Assembly: GCA_902578935.1 (NCBI GenBank) | Contig: CACHEU010000004.1 | Span: 16,523 to 80,522 of the forward strand | Direction of reading: 5' to 3' | DNA from: an uncultured Pelagibacteraceae bacterium | GTDB lineage: Bacteria > Pseudomonadota > Alphaproteobacteria > Pelagibacterales > Pelagibacteraceae | DNA length: 64,000 bases | Part shown: positions 20,443 through 29,986 of the stretch, one piece after another | Layout of the letters: each line of letters opens with the position of its first letter | How positions within the stretch are numbered: the first letter of the stretch is position 1 | Made by a program: the position numbers and the translations under genes | The notes under the pieces: generated by a model | Told to the model about the DNA's origin: nothing | Database searches by the model: none | The model's input: the letters and a program-made list of their open reading frames with translations, nothing else

Positions 20443-20912
20443 TGGATTTAAAAGAATTATACCAAGAAATAATTTTAGATCACGGGAAGAACCCGAGAAA
20501 TAAAAAAAGATGTAAAGGTTTTAACAAACAAGCAGAAGGGCACAATCCTCTTTGTGGAGACAAAGTACATATATTTTTAAAATTAAATAAAGAAAAAAAA
20601 GTAGAGGATATTTCTTTTGAAGGAGAAGGGTGCGCAATATCAATAGCATCAGCATCTATAATGACGGAAACGATAAAAGGTAAGGAATTTAATGTTGCAA
20701 AAAAAATTCTAGAAAACTTTTTAAATATGCTTAAAGACGGTTCAAAATTAAAAATAAACAGTCTTAGCGAAGACCAAAACACTACCATGAAGTCCTTATC
20801 TGGTGTTAAGCAGTTTCCAATGAGAGTTAAGTGTGCTACTTTGGCTTGGCATACATTTATGCATGCTGCTGAAGAAAAAAAACAAAAGGCAAATACAGAA
20901 AAGGCAGATTAA
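20439..20912 (+). CDS. sufU: SUF-system NifU-family (SufU-type) sulfur-transfer/scaffold protein
   Basis: Three conserved Cys (NPLCGD, GEGCAIS, RVKCATLAW) with a long insertion before the third Cys. ATGA overlap with sufS. Confidence 0.88.
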   Translation: MMDLKELYQEIILDHGKNPRNKKRCKGFNKQAEGHNPLCGDKVHIFLKLNKEKKVEDISFEGEGCAISIASASIMTETIKGKEFNVAKKILENFLNMLKDGSKLKINSLSEDQNTTMKSLSGVKQFPMRVKCATLAWHTFMHAAEEKKQKANTEKAD

Positions 20913-21214
20913 TGAGTGATTTAAAAGAAAAAGTAATAAAAGAAATCAAAAAAGTTTATGATCCCGAGATACCAGTAAACATTTATGAGCTAGGTCTCAT
21001 ATATAAGTTAGAAATTAATGATAAAAATGTTGTTAATGTAGACATGACATTAACTACACCAAACTGTCCAGTAGCAGATAGTTTGCCAAGGCAGGTTAAA
21101 GAATATATAATGAAGGTTAAAGGCGTTTCTGATGTTAAATTGAATCTTGTGTGGGATCCACCATGGGATAAATCAAAAATGTCAGAAGCTGCAAAATTAG
21201 AATTAAATTTATGA
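20912..21214 (+). CDS. sufT: DUF59/SufT-type Fe-S assembly protein
   Basis: VYDPEIPVNIYELGLIY...TLTTPNCP motif. 100 aa. Confidence 0.88.
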   Translation: MSDLKEKVIKEIKKVYDPEIPVNIYELGLIYKLEINDKNVVNVDMTLTTPNCPVADSLPRQVKEYIMKVKGVSDVKLNLVWDPPWDKSKMSEAAKLELNL

Positions 21215-21546
21215 GCGAACAAGTTATAAAATTAAGCGATAACGCTGCTAACAGAATTAAAGAAATAATGTCCAAGGCAGACAACAACACTATTGGGGTA
21301 AGAGTGGGGGTTAAGTCAGGAGGATGTGCCGGCATGTCTTATATGATGGAGTATGCTAAAGAAGCTAAAAAAAATGAAGAAGTTATTGAGGACAAAGGAG
21401 TAAAAGTTTTTATAGATGCTAACGCCATCATGTATCTTTTAGGGACTGAAATGGACTACAAAACTGATAAATTTTCATCTCAATTTGTCTTTAAAAACCC
21501 TAATGAAACAGAACGTTGTGGATGTGGAGAATCATTTAAGGTATAA
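21211..21546 (+). CDS. sufA: A-type Fe-S carrier (HesB/IscA/SufA family)
   Basis: GGCAGMSY and C-terminal CGCGESF motifs. 111 aa. Confidence 0.92.
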   Translation: MSEQVIKLSDNAANRIKEIMSKADNNTIGVRVGVKSGGCAGMSYMMEYAKEAKKNEEVIEDKGVKVFIDANAIMYLLGTEMDYKTDKFSSQFVFKNPNETERCGCGESFKV

Positions 21547-21554
21547 TATTTTTT

Positions 21555-21743
21555 ATGAGAGACACTAAACATTTAGAAAAGTTTGCAAAAGAAAGAGCGC
21601 AAAAAGAAAAAGAGAAAAAACTTTTCAAAAATAAAATTAAAGCTGTCGAAGCTGGTGCTCATGGTACTTTGGATTACACTATTAAAGAAGGTGTAAACAA
21701 AGACAAAATAGCTGACGACAGGATCTTAAAAAATAAAGACTAA
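21555..21743 (+). CDS. Hypothetical Lys-rich small protein (62 aa)
   Basis: ORF 8 nt after sufA, same strand. Its stop overlaps the glnA stop by 4 nt. No domain recognised. Confidence 0.4.
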   Translation: MRDTKHLEKFAKERAQKEKEKKLFKNKIKAVEAGAHGTLDYTIKEGVNKDKIADDRILKNKD

Positions 21744-23146
21744 CAACTATAATACATCTCAAATTCCATTGGATGAGGAGTGTGTTCAAACTTGTGAATT
21801 TCCTCAAATTTTAATGAAATATAAGCATCTATTTGATCGTCAGTAAACACATTGCCTTGAGTTAAAAATTTTCTATCTTTGTCCAAACTTTCCATTGCTT
21901 CTCTTAAAGAACCGCAAACAGTAGGTATTTTTTGAACTTCTGAATCACTTAAAGCATAGAGGTCTTTATCTAAAGATTTACCTGGATTAATTTTATTTTT
22001 AATTCCATCAATTCCAGCCATTAACATTGCCGAAAAAGTTAAATATGGATTTCCCGCCGCATCTGGGAAACGTATTTCGCATCTAGCTCCTTTTTTATTT
22101 AAAGCTATTGGAATTCTACAAGAAGCTGATCTATTTCTAGCAGAGTAAGCTAGTAATACTGGTGCTTCAAAACCTGGAATTAATCTTTTATAACTATTTG
22201 TTGTTGAATTAGAAAAAGCATTAATTGCTTTTGCGTGTTTTAAAATTCCACCAATATAGTACAACGCGGTATCAGATAAACCTGCATATTTGTTTCCAGA
22301 AAATGTAGGAGTATTTCCTTTCCAAATTGATTGGTGTACGTGCATACCAGAACCATTGTCTCCTTTAACAGGCTTAGGCATAAACGTTGCTGTTTTTCCA
22401 AACGAATGTGTAACCATGTGTACAGCATATTTATATAACTGAAGATTATCTGCCTGGTTAACTAAAGTGTTAAAATACATTCCAAGCTCGTGTTGACTTG
22501 GAGCAACTTCGTGGTGATGTTTCTCAACTTTAATTCCCATATCCTTCATCGCTTTAAGATATTCGCTTCTCATGTCTTGAGCACTATCAACAGGAGGAAC
22601 GGGAAAGTATCCGCCTTTAATTCCTGGACGGTGTCCCATATTTCCATTTTCATATTTTCTACCTGTATTGTAAGGACCTTCAGAGCTATCTATTTTAAAT
22701 CCTGTTTCATTCATATCATTTTTGTATCTAACATCATCAAATACAAAAAATTCTGGTTCTGGACCAAAGTAAGCTTTATCGCCTATACCTGATTTTTTTA
22801 AATAAGCCTCAGCTTTTTTAGCAGTTGTCCTCGGATCTCTCTCATAAGGATCTTTTTTCACAGCATCTAAAATGTCACAAAATATATTTAGGGTATTGTG
22901 TGATGTAAAAGGATCTACAACCGTTCTTGATAAATCTGGTTTTAATATCATGTCAGATTCATTAATTGCTTTCCAACCTGCTATAGATGATCCATCAAAA
23001 AAAACTCCATCATTCAACATACTGTCATCGACAATTTTTGCATCCATAGTGACATGCTGAAGTTTTCCTCTTGGATCTGTAAATCTAAGATCGACGTATT
23101 CGATCTCTTTATCTTTCATTACTTTAAGTACTGAACTAGCACTCAT
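21740..23146 (-). CDS. glnA: Glutamine synthetase type I
   Basis: FDGSSIAGW, KPVKGDNGSGMHVHQS, SYKRLIPGFEAP, RFPDAAGNPYL motifs. 468 aa. Confidence 0.97.
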   Translation of the reverse strand: MSASSVLKVMKDKEIEYVDLRFTDPRGKLQHVTMDAKIVDDSMLNDGVFFDGSSIAGWKAINESDMILKPDLSRTVVDPFTSHNTLNIFCDILDAVKKDPYERDPRTTAKKAEAYLKKSGIGDKAYFGPEPEFFVFDDVRYKNDMNETGFKIDSSEGPYNTGRKYENGNMGHRPGIKGGYFPVPPVDSAQDMRSEYLKAMKDMGIKVEKHHHEVAPSQHELGMYFNTLVNQADNLQLYKYAVHMVTHSFGKTATFMPKPVKGDNGSGMHVHQSIWKGNTPTFSGNKYAGLSDTALYYIGGILKHAKAINAFSNSTTNSYKRLIPGFEAPVLLAYSARNRSASCRIPIALNKKGARCEIRFPDAAGNPYLTFSAMLMAGIDGIKNKINPGKSLDKDLYALSDSEVQKIPTVCGSLREAMESLDKDRKFLTQGNVFTDDQIDAYISLKFEEIHKFEHTPHPMEFEMYYSC

Positions 23147-23262
23147 AAAAATCCCTTAATTAGTTAAAATATTGAAGCACAGTACCAAACTTTTTAGCTT
23201 ATACAGCATATAAAAAATATATGGCTGCTATGCACTTTTTACATTATACAATTCAAAATTGA

Positions 23263-24102
23263 ATGAAATTGCTTAAAAATACTCCAAAAATTTGGCTGAA
23301 AAAGTTTCCTTGGAAGAAAAAATCCAGCAACAAATATTCTAGAGGAAGAGTGTTAATACTTGGTGGGCAAAAAAACATGATTGGAGCAACTATACTTGCT
23401 GCTGAGGCTTGTTTAAGAGTTGGAGTAGGTTCTGTAAAAATTATATGTACTAAAGAAACCATACCGATTTTGTCACGCAAATTTCCATCAGCTTTGAAGG
23501 TGGAAATAAACAATTTATCATTTTTAAAAAGCTTTCTTAAAAAAGAACGAAAGACAACCAATGTAGCTTTAGTTGGACCAGGGGCTGGAAAAAGCTCTAA
23601 AACAATGAAATTTACAGAGGAAATTTTAAAACATATCAAATATGTTATTTTAGACGCAGATTCACTTAATTCATTTCAAAAAAAAACTAAGAAACTTTTA
23701 AAATATTTGGACAGAAACAAGTTGATCACACCACATCAAGCTGAATTTTACAGGATTTTCCCGGGAATAAAAAGAAGTTTAAACAACAAAGAAAAGGTTT
23801 TAAAATTTCTAAAATTATCTAAGTCAAACATTTTACTTAAAGGAAATACGACCGTTATTGGTTCTCCAGGTAAAATTATTATAAACAAACACACCTCAAG
23901 TGAACTAGCTGTTATCGGATCGGGAGATGTTCTGGCAGGAATAATAGCAAGCTTAGTTGGTGATAAAAAAATGTCTATCAGTGAATCCGCTTCTGCGGCA
24001 ACATGGCTACATGGAGATATTGCAAAACGTTACGGAAAAGGATTGATCTCAGAAGATTTGGTCAAAGGTATTCCAGATGCTTTACGGAGACTAAAAAAAT
24101 AA
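23263..24102 (+). CDS. nnrD: ADP-dependent (S)-NAD(P)H-hydrate dehydratase (YjeF C-terminal type)
   Basis: KYSRGRVLILGG...GATILAA...GPGAG...GSGDVLAGIIASL...AATWLHG, as in carbohydrate-kinase-like Nnr dehydratases. Confidence 0.88.
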   Translation: MKLLKNTPKIWLKKFPWKKKSSNKYSRGRVLILGGQKNMIGATILAAEACLRVGVGSVKIICTKETIPILSRKFPSALKVEINNLSFLKSFLKKERKTTNVALVGPGAGKSSKTMKFTEEILKHIKYVILDADSLNSFQKKTKKLLKYLDRNKLITPHQAEFYRIFPGIKRSLNNKEKVLKFLKLSKSNILLKGNTTVIGSPGKIIINKHTSSELAVIGSGDVLAGIIASLVGDKKMSISESASAATWLHGDIAKRYGKGLISEDLVKGIPDALRRLKK

Positions 24103-24584
24103 TGAATGAATTGTTAAACAAAGAGCCTGTAAAAAGGGTCGGGGAATCTTTAAAGCAGTTTGATCCTAATTTAAAAATATTGGTTTTAGATACGACAGCA
24201 AGAACTGCAAAAGACGCCGCAAATTCTTTAAAGTGCGAACTTGGAGCTATCGTTAAGAGTTTAGTTTTTAGATCTGAAAATGATTTTTTAATTTGTTTGG
24301 TTGCTGGAGATAAAAGATGCTCGTTAAACAAGTTAAAAAAAATCTTAAACAAGAAAGATGTTTCCATGGCTAATGCTGATCAAGTAAAGGAAAATACAGG
24401 TTTTTCTATTGGAGGAGTGGCCCCAACTGGCCATCTAAAAAAATTAAATATTATTGTAGATAAATCTTTAAACAGATTTAAATACGTGTATGGTGCCGCA
24501 GGACATCCTGATTGTGTATTTAAAATTACCTACGATGATCTTATTAAATTAACTAACGGTCTAGAGAAAGAATTAGCTGAATGA
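24102..24584 (+). CDS. YbaK/EbsC-family aminoacyl-tRNA editing (deacylase) protein
   Basis: KSLVFRSENDFLICLVAGDKRCSLNKL...GFSIGGVAPTGH pattern. Start set at ATG 24102 (TAATG overlap with nnrD) rather than ORF-track 24003. Confidence 0.8.
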   Translation: MNELLNKEPVKRVGESLKQFDPNLKILVLDTTARTAKDAANSLKCELGAIVKSLVFRSENDFLICLVAGDKRCSLNKLKKILNKKDVSMANADQVKENTGFSIGGVAPTGHLKKLNIIVDKSLNRFKYVYGAAGHPDCVFKITYDDLIKLTNGLEKELAE

Positions 24585-25474
24585 GAGAACCAAAACTTAT
24601 CGATATTTTTTTATTAGTTTTATTAGCAGTAATTTGGGGATCAGCTTTTTTTAATATTAAAATAGCTACTTATACTTATGATACTTTTACTTTGGTTTTT
24701 GTTAGAGTTTTTTTTGCAGCGCTACTCTTAGTTCTCTGGTGTTTTTATAAAAAAATTAAAATAATGGCGTTTTCAAAAGATTGGAAACCCTACGCTGTTG
24801 TTGGACTCGTTAATATTTCACTGCCATTTCTACTTATCGCTTATGGCACAGATAAAGTTCAAAGTTATTTATCTGCAATTTTAATGAGCTCAACACCATT
24901 AAGCGGTGCAATATTAGCTCATTTTTTTACATCTAATGAAAAACTTAATCTAACAAAGAGCGCTGGTGTAATAGTTGGTTTTATAGGAGTTGTTATTTTA
25001 TTTTTTGATAAATTGGTTATTTCAGAAAGTGATTTTATTTATGCTTTAATAATACTTTTTGCATCCACATTATATGTAGTTGGAGGAATCATAACTTTAA
25101 AATTTTTAAAAAACAAAGGAAACGAAAATGTTACCACCTCTACTGTAATTTGGTCGTTAATTTCTCTTTTACCTTTCTGTCTTTACCAGGAGCCATGGAA
25201 TAATTTGAATCCTTCAATCGAGTCAACTCTATCACTAATCTATTTAGGGATATTTTGCACAGGAATTGCATGGATGTTGAGATTCCATATTTTGACAACA
25301 AACGGATTAGTTTTTCAAGCTCAAGTAGCTTACCTGATACCTATATTTGGGGTTATATTTGGTTATGTAATTATGAATGAAGAAATTACATGGAAAGTAT
25401 TAGTTTCTCTTATAATTATTATTTTAGGTATATATATGGTAAAAAAAGGAAATAAAGGAATTCAAAACAAGTAA
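24581..25474 (+). CDS. EamA/DMT-superfamily transporter
   Basis: 297 aa, 10 predicted TM segments in two EamA-like halves. Confidence 0.85.
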   Translation: MREPKLIDIFLLVLLAVIWGSAFFNIKIATYTYDTFTLVFVRVFFAALLLVLWCFYKKIKIMAFSKDWKPYAVVGLVNISLPFLLIAYGTDKVQSYLSAILMSSTPLSGAILAHFFTSNEKLNLTKSAGVIVGFIGVVILFFDKLVISESDFIYALIILFASTLYVVGGIITLKFLKNKGNENVTTSTVIWSLISLLPFCLYQEPWNNLNPSIESTLSLIYLGIFCTGIAWMLRFHILTTNGLVFQAQVAYLIPIFGVIFGYVIMNEEITWKVLVSLIIIILGIYMVKKGNKGIQNK

Positions 25475-26538
25475 TGCCAACAGAATCAGTATCACTAGGC
25501 CTTCTATCTATTTTTTCATTAATCAGTTTTTTTATTGTATTGATAACAAAAAAATTTTCTACCAAAATTGGAAACGGAGTTTTATTAGACCAGGACTTTG
25601 ATAAACCACAGGCTTTTCATAAGGAATCAGTTGCAAAGACTGGAGGTTTAGCCTCAATAATATCTTTAATAATTTTTTTTGTTTTATATCACTTTTTGTT
25701 TGATCAAATTTTATTTGATTATCTATTTTTATCTTTTTCTTTATTCTTACTTGGTTTTATTGAAGATTTCAAAACCAGGATCAGTCCTAATTACAGATTG
25801 ATCACAATGGTTTTGATTCTAATTTTTTTTATAATGTTTTTCTCAATTAATATCCGTGCTGTTGATCTATCTTTTCTAAGTACATGGATGGAAAATCAGT
25901 TATTTACAAACCTGTTTCTTCTGCTCTGTTTTCTTTTTATTATAAATGGAGCTAATCTTGTGGATGGTTTTAATGGTCTTCTGACTATTCATTTATTAAT
26001 AATAAATCTCATACTTTTTTTTATAAATTTAAATAATGGTCATCAAGATCTTTTATTATTTATTACAGCACAAATCGTGGTTCTTACTTGCTTTTTATTT
26101 TTTAATTTTCCAAAGGCAAAAATGTTTTTAGGTGATAGTGGATCTTACTTATTTGGTTCTCTAGTTGCTTTTAATGTGATTAATACGCATAATCTAAATA
26201 TAGAAATCTCATCTTTTTTCTTTTGCATTCTTCTTTTCTATTTATTTTTTGAGGTCTTCTTTTCATTTTTTAGAAAACTTTATTTAAAAAAATCACCTCT
26301 AAAGCCCGATAGAAATCATTTACACATGCTTTTGTATAATTTTTTAAATCGATCACAAAAATTTAAAGATTGTAATTATCTTAATTCTATAATCATTAAT
26401 TTGATCTATTTATGCTTAATTCTGCCTGCAATTTTTTTTTATGATAATGGATCTATTTGTAAGTACTGGTTTTTCTCTTTGTTGGTAGTTTATATGGTAT
26501 TTTATTCTCTGCTTTATAGTTTCGGAAAAAAGCAATAG
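25474..26538 (+). CDS. Glycosyltransferase family 4 polyprenyl-phosphate sugar-1-phosphate transferase (MraY/WecA-like)
   Basis: Polytopic membrane protein with the GANLVDGFNGL motif and a later FLGDSGSY motif. Confidence 0.85.
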   Translation: MPTESVSLGLLSIFSLISFFIVLITKKFSTKIGNGVLLDQDFDKPQAFHKESVAKTGGLASIISLIIFFVLYHFLFDQILFDYLFLSFSLFLLGFIEDFKTRISPNYRLITMVLILIFFIMFFSINIRAVDLSFLSTWMENQLFTNLFLLLCFLFIINGANLVDGFNGLLTIHLLIINLILFFINLNNGHQDLLLFITAQIVVLTCFLFFNFPKAKMFLGDSGSYLFGSLVAFNVINTHNLNIEISSFFFCILLFYLFFEVFFSFFRKLYLKKSPLKPDRNHLHMLLYNFLNRSQKFKDCNYLNSIIINLIYLCLILPAIFFYDNGSICKYWFFSLLVVYMVFYSLLYSFGKKQ

Positions 26539-26561
26539 TTGTTATAATTTTCTAAAAAAAC

Positions 26562-28145
26562 ATGGGCAAAGTTCGTAACATTTTATTTATTATGACCGAT
26601 CAATTAAGATGGGATTATCTGTCTTGCTATGGTCATCCTCATTTAAAAACACCAAACATTGACAATCTTGCAAAAAAAGGAATTTTATTTGAGTCAGCCT
26701 ATGTTCAATCTCCAGTTTGCGGTCCATCGAGAGCTTCATACTATACTGGCAGAACAGTTTTCAGTCACGGTTCTACCTGGAATCAAGTTCCACTTCCAAT
26801 CGGCGAATTAACCATCGGTGATTATTTAAGACAATCTGGAATAAGAACAGGAATAGTGGGCAAGACACATATGAAACCAGACGCTGAAGGAATGGCACGT
26901 TTGGGCATAAATAAAGATACAGAAATTGGTTTAATAGTTAGCGAACCTGGTTTTGAACCCTACGAAAGAGATGACGGACTTCATCCAAATAATCAAATCA
27001 AAAAAGCAAAAAAAACTTTATCTTATAATGCATGGTTAAATAAACTTGGATACGATGGGGACAATCCATGGAATACTTGGGCAAACTCTGCAGAAGGAAA
27101 GAACGGAGAAATATTAAGTGGATGGAAATTAAGAAATTCAAATAAACCAGCAAGAATTCCTGAAAAACATTCTGAAACTGCGTTCATGACAAATAGAGCA
27201 ATGGAATTTATAAAAGAAAGTTCAGACAAGCCATGGTTCTTACACTTGTCTTATATAAAACCACATTGGCCTTATATGGCACCTGCGCCATATCATAATA
27301 TGTTTTCTCAAAATCAATTTTATCCAGTACACAGAAGTGAATCTCAAAAAGAAAATGCTCATCCCGTATACAAAGCCTTTATAGAAACGAGTGTTTCTAA
27401 AACTTTTTCTAGAGACGAAGTACGTAATACTGTGCTTGCAGGCTATATGGGATTAATTAAGCAAATCGACGATAATTTAGGAAGACTGTTCAAATTTTTA
27501 GAAGAGTCTGGAAATATGAAGGATACGATGATCGTTTTTACTTCTGACCACGGAGATTATCATGGAGATCATTGGTTGGGAGAAAAGGAATTCTTTCATG
27601 AACAAATCGTTAGAGTTCCAATGATTATTTACGATCCAAGTGATTCAGCAAATAAAACAAGAGGTCATAAAGAAAAGCGTTTTATAGAGGCAATTGATCT
27701 TCTTCCAACTTTTTTGGATGCTGTAGAAAGTCCAGCAAGCAAACATCGTTTAGAAGGTAATTCATTAATGCCAATTATTAAAGGAGAGAAAATAAAAAAA
27801 TGGAGAGATTCAGTTTTTAGTGAGATTGATTACTCATTTAATGAAGCAAGAAAATTACTTAAACTTGGAGCGTCAGATGCACGAGCTTATATGTTAAGAA
27901 CCAACAAATGGAAATATATTTATTACAAAGGATTTCCAGCTCAATTATTTGATTTGGAGAATGATCCCGATGAATTCAAAGATCTTGGACAATCAACAAA
28001 ACATTCTAAAACAAGAGATGAAATGAAAGAATTGCTTTTACAAAGACTAGTTAGTAGAAAAAATAGAGTAGCAGCAACAGATGAGTTCGTTTTAAAAGAT
28101 AGAGACTACACTAAAGAAGACGGAATCATGATAGGTGTTTGGTAA
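26562..28145 (+). CDS. Sulfatase-family hydrolase without signal peptide (arylsulfatase / phosphonate-monoester-hydrolase-like)
   Basis: NILFIMTDQLR metal-binding start. Formylglycine motif C53-G-P-S-R (nt 26718). FTSDHGD. 527 aa. Confidence 0.88.
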   Translation: MGKVRNILFIMTDQLRWDYLSCYGHPHLKTPNIDNLAKKGILFESAYVQSPVCGPSRASYYTGRTVFSHGSTWNQVPLPIGELTIGDYLRQSGIRTGIVGKTHMKPDAEGMARLGINKDTEIGLIVSEPGFEPYERDDGLHPNNQIKKAKKTLSYNAWLNKLGYDGDNPWNTWANSAEGKNGEILSGWKLRNSNKPARIPEKHSETAFMTNRAMEFIKESSDKPWFLHLSYIKPHWPYMAPAPYHNMFSQNQFYPVHRSESQKENAHPVYKAFIETSVSKTFSRDEVRNTVLAGYMGLIKQIDDNLGRLFKFLEESGNMKDTMIVFTSDHGDYHGDHWLGEKEFFHEQIVRVPMIIYDPSDSANKTRGHKEKRFIEAIDLLPTFLDAVESPASKHRLEGNSLMPIIKGEKIKKWRDSVFSEIDYSFNEARKLLKLGASDARAYMLRTNKWKYIYYKGFPAQLFDLENDPDEFKDLGQSTKHSKTRDEMKELLLQRLVSRKNRVAATDEFVLKDRDYTKEDGIMIGVW

Positions 28146-28146
28146 G

Positions 28147-29457
28147 CTAACCCATCATTAGACTTGGAAGATACAAACATATCGCAGGGAAAGCAATAAT
28201 AAGAGCAAGTCTAATCATATCTGTAAGTAAAAAAGGAACAGTTCCAAACCAAATAGTTTGAAGTGGAGTTCTTTGCATCACACCTTTGATCACAAATAAA
28301 TTCATTCCAACTGGAGGTGAGATCAAACCAAATTCAACAACAATCACAGCAAAAATTCCAAACCAAATGGGATCAATTCCTGCATCAGCAATAACTGGAT
28401 AAAAAACAGGTATAGTTAAAAACAACATCGCGAGCGAATCCATTACTGTTCCAAGAACCAAATATATTGCACAAATAACCAAAATGATTCCCACAGGTGT
28501 TAATTGTAAATCATTTATGAAATCAACAACTGCAAAAGGTAACTGGGTTACAGTAATTAAAACATTAAAGACAGCAGCACCTACCACAATAAGATATAAA
28601 GCCCCAACAGTTTTAATTGTGTCCCAAACTGAATTTTTTAACATCTCGAGAGTTAATTGACGTCTTAAAAAAACAAAAATCATTACCAAGATTACACCAA
28701 CAGCTGCACTTTCCGTTGCAGTAAAAAAACCTAAGTAAAGTCCACCCATGATGATTGCAAAAATTAAAAATATTGGAAACACTTTCCAAACCGCTGCAAT
28801 TCTTTCTTTAAGAGGCATCTTAGTTCCATAACCGCCTTGGTCAGGATAAATCAAAAGATAAACTCTAATAGCAATCATATACAAAACAACTGCGATCAAA
28901 CCTGGAATCAAAGCTGCAAAGAAAAGTTTTTGAACAGACTGTTCTGTAAGATAAGCGTAAATAACCAAAATGACACTTGGAGGAATTATAATTCCTAAAG
29001 TTCCACCAGATGCAATTGAACCACTTATTAAAGCATCACTATAACCATGTCTTCTCATTTCAGGAGCAGCCATTTGAGACATCGTTGCTGCTGTTGCAAT
29101 AGAGGAGCCGCAAATCATTCCAAAACCTGCACAAGCACCAACCGTTGACATTGCAAGGCCACCCTTGTAATGACCAACAACTGCATAAGCAGCGTCATAC
29201 AAATTTCTTGAAAGATTAGCTCTGTTTGCAAGATTACCCATCAATACAAAGAAAGGCAAAACTGAAAGACTGTATTTTGATACGGCCTCATACGGTGCAG
29301 TTCCTAAAATAAAAAATGCTTGTTCAAAGCCCACTATAAATCCAAAACCGGTAAAACCAACTATCAGCATAGAAATACCAATAGGAATATTTAGTGCCAT
29401 CAATATTAGAACAGCTGCAAACGCTAATGCTCCACTAGTAATCGGATCTAAACTCAT
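28147..29457 (-). CDS. dctM: TRAP transporter large permease subunit
   Basis: 436-aa polytopic DctM-type protein. ATGA-type overlap with upstream dctQ. Confidence 0.93.
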   Translation of the reverse strand: MSLDPITSGALAFAAVLILMALNIPIGISMLIVGFTGFGFIVGFEQAFFILGTAPYEAVSKYSLSVLPFFVLMGNLANRANLSRNLYDAAYAVVGHYKGGLAMSTVGACAGFGMICGSSIATAATMSQMAAPEMRRHGYSDALISGSIASGGTLGIIIPPSVILVIYAYLTEQSVQKLFFAALIPGLIAVVLYMIAIRVYLLIYPDQGGYGTKMPLKERIAAVWKVFPIFLIFAIIMGGLYLGFFTATESAAVGVILVMIFVFLRRQLTLEMLKNSVWDTIKTVGALYLIVVGAAVFNVLITVTQLPFAVVDFINDLQLTPVGIILVICAIYLVLGTVMDSLAMLFLTIPVFYPVIADAGIDPIWFGIFAVIVVEFGLISPPVGMNLFVIKGVMQRTPLQTIWFGTVPFLLTDMIRLALIIAFPAICLYLPSLMMG

Positions 29458-29933
29458 TGATTATTTCTTTCTGATACAGCTTTTAAAAACCAAAGGATAA
29501 TTGCCAATACGCTAAGCCACATTGCTATAGCTGAAGCAAAATAAAATGGATAAAAACTTAGTTCAAGATCAATAGTTACTCTGTTATTTTTAAAAAAAGC
29601 AAAAGCTTCTTTAGTAGTTCCGTAAGCTACAAAAGACATGATTGTTAACATCAAAACAAATCGAAGAGTGGTAATAAAAGTTTGTAGCTTTGTGATAGAT
29701 ACATTTTTTATGAAATCAGCGGAAACGTGTGCGTTTAAAAAGAAAGCTCTTGGCATTGCAAAAAAGGCAACCAAAGCTATTCCAAACTCAACAATTTCAA
29801 TTGTACCAGCAACAGGAGAATTTAAAAAACGCCTACCGAATACATCACAAAAAGTTAATATTGCAAGAGAAAATAAAATTGAACAAGATGCAATTGCCGC
29901 ATAGTCAAATATTTTATTTATTTTAATTTGCAT
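29454..29933 (-). CDS. dctQ: TRAP transporter small permease subunit
   Basis: 159 aa, 4 TM segments, immediately upstream of dctM. Confidence 0.88.
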   Translation of the reverse strand: MQIKINKIFDYAAIASCSILFSLAILTFCDVFGRRFLNSPVAGTIEIVEFGIALVAFFAMPRAFFLNAHVSADFIKNVSITKLQTFITTLRFVLMLTIMSFVAYGTTKEAFAFFKNNRVTIDLELSFYPFYFASAIAMWLSVLAIILWFLKAVSERNNQ

Positions 29934-29986
29934 AAGAATAATATAGCCTAACAGAGTTTAATAGATAAAGGCACACAAAATAGATT

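Noticed and set aside
23172-23188. Sigma-54-like promoter upstream of glnA (minus-strand TGGTAC-N5-TTCA)
   Set aside because: The -12 element is TTCA rather than TTGC, and GG-N10-GC is not satisfied. No enhancer-binding protein is in the window. This is most likely a chance match.
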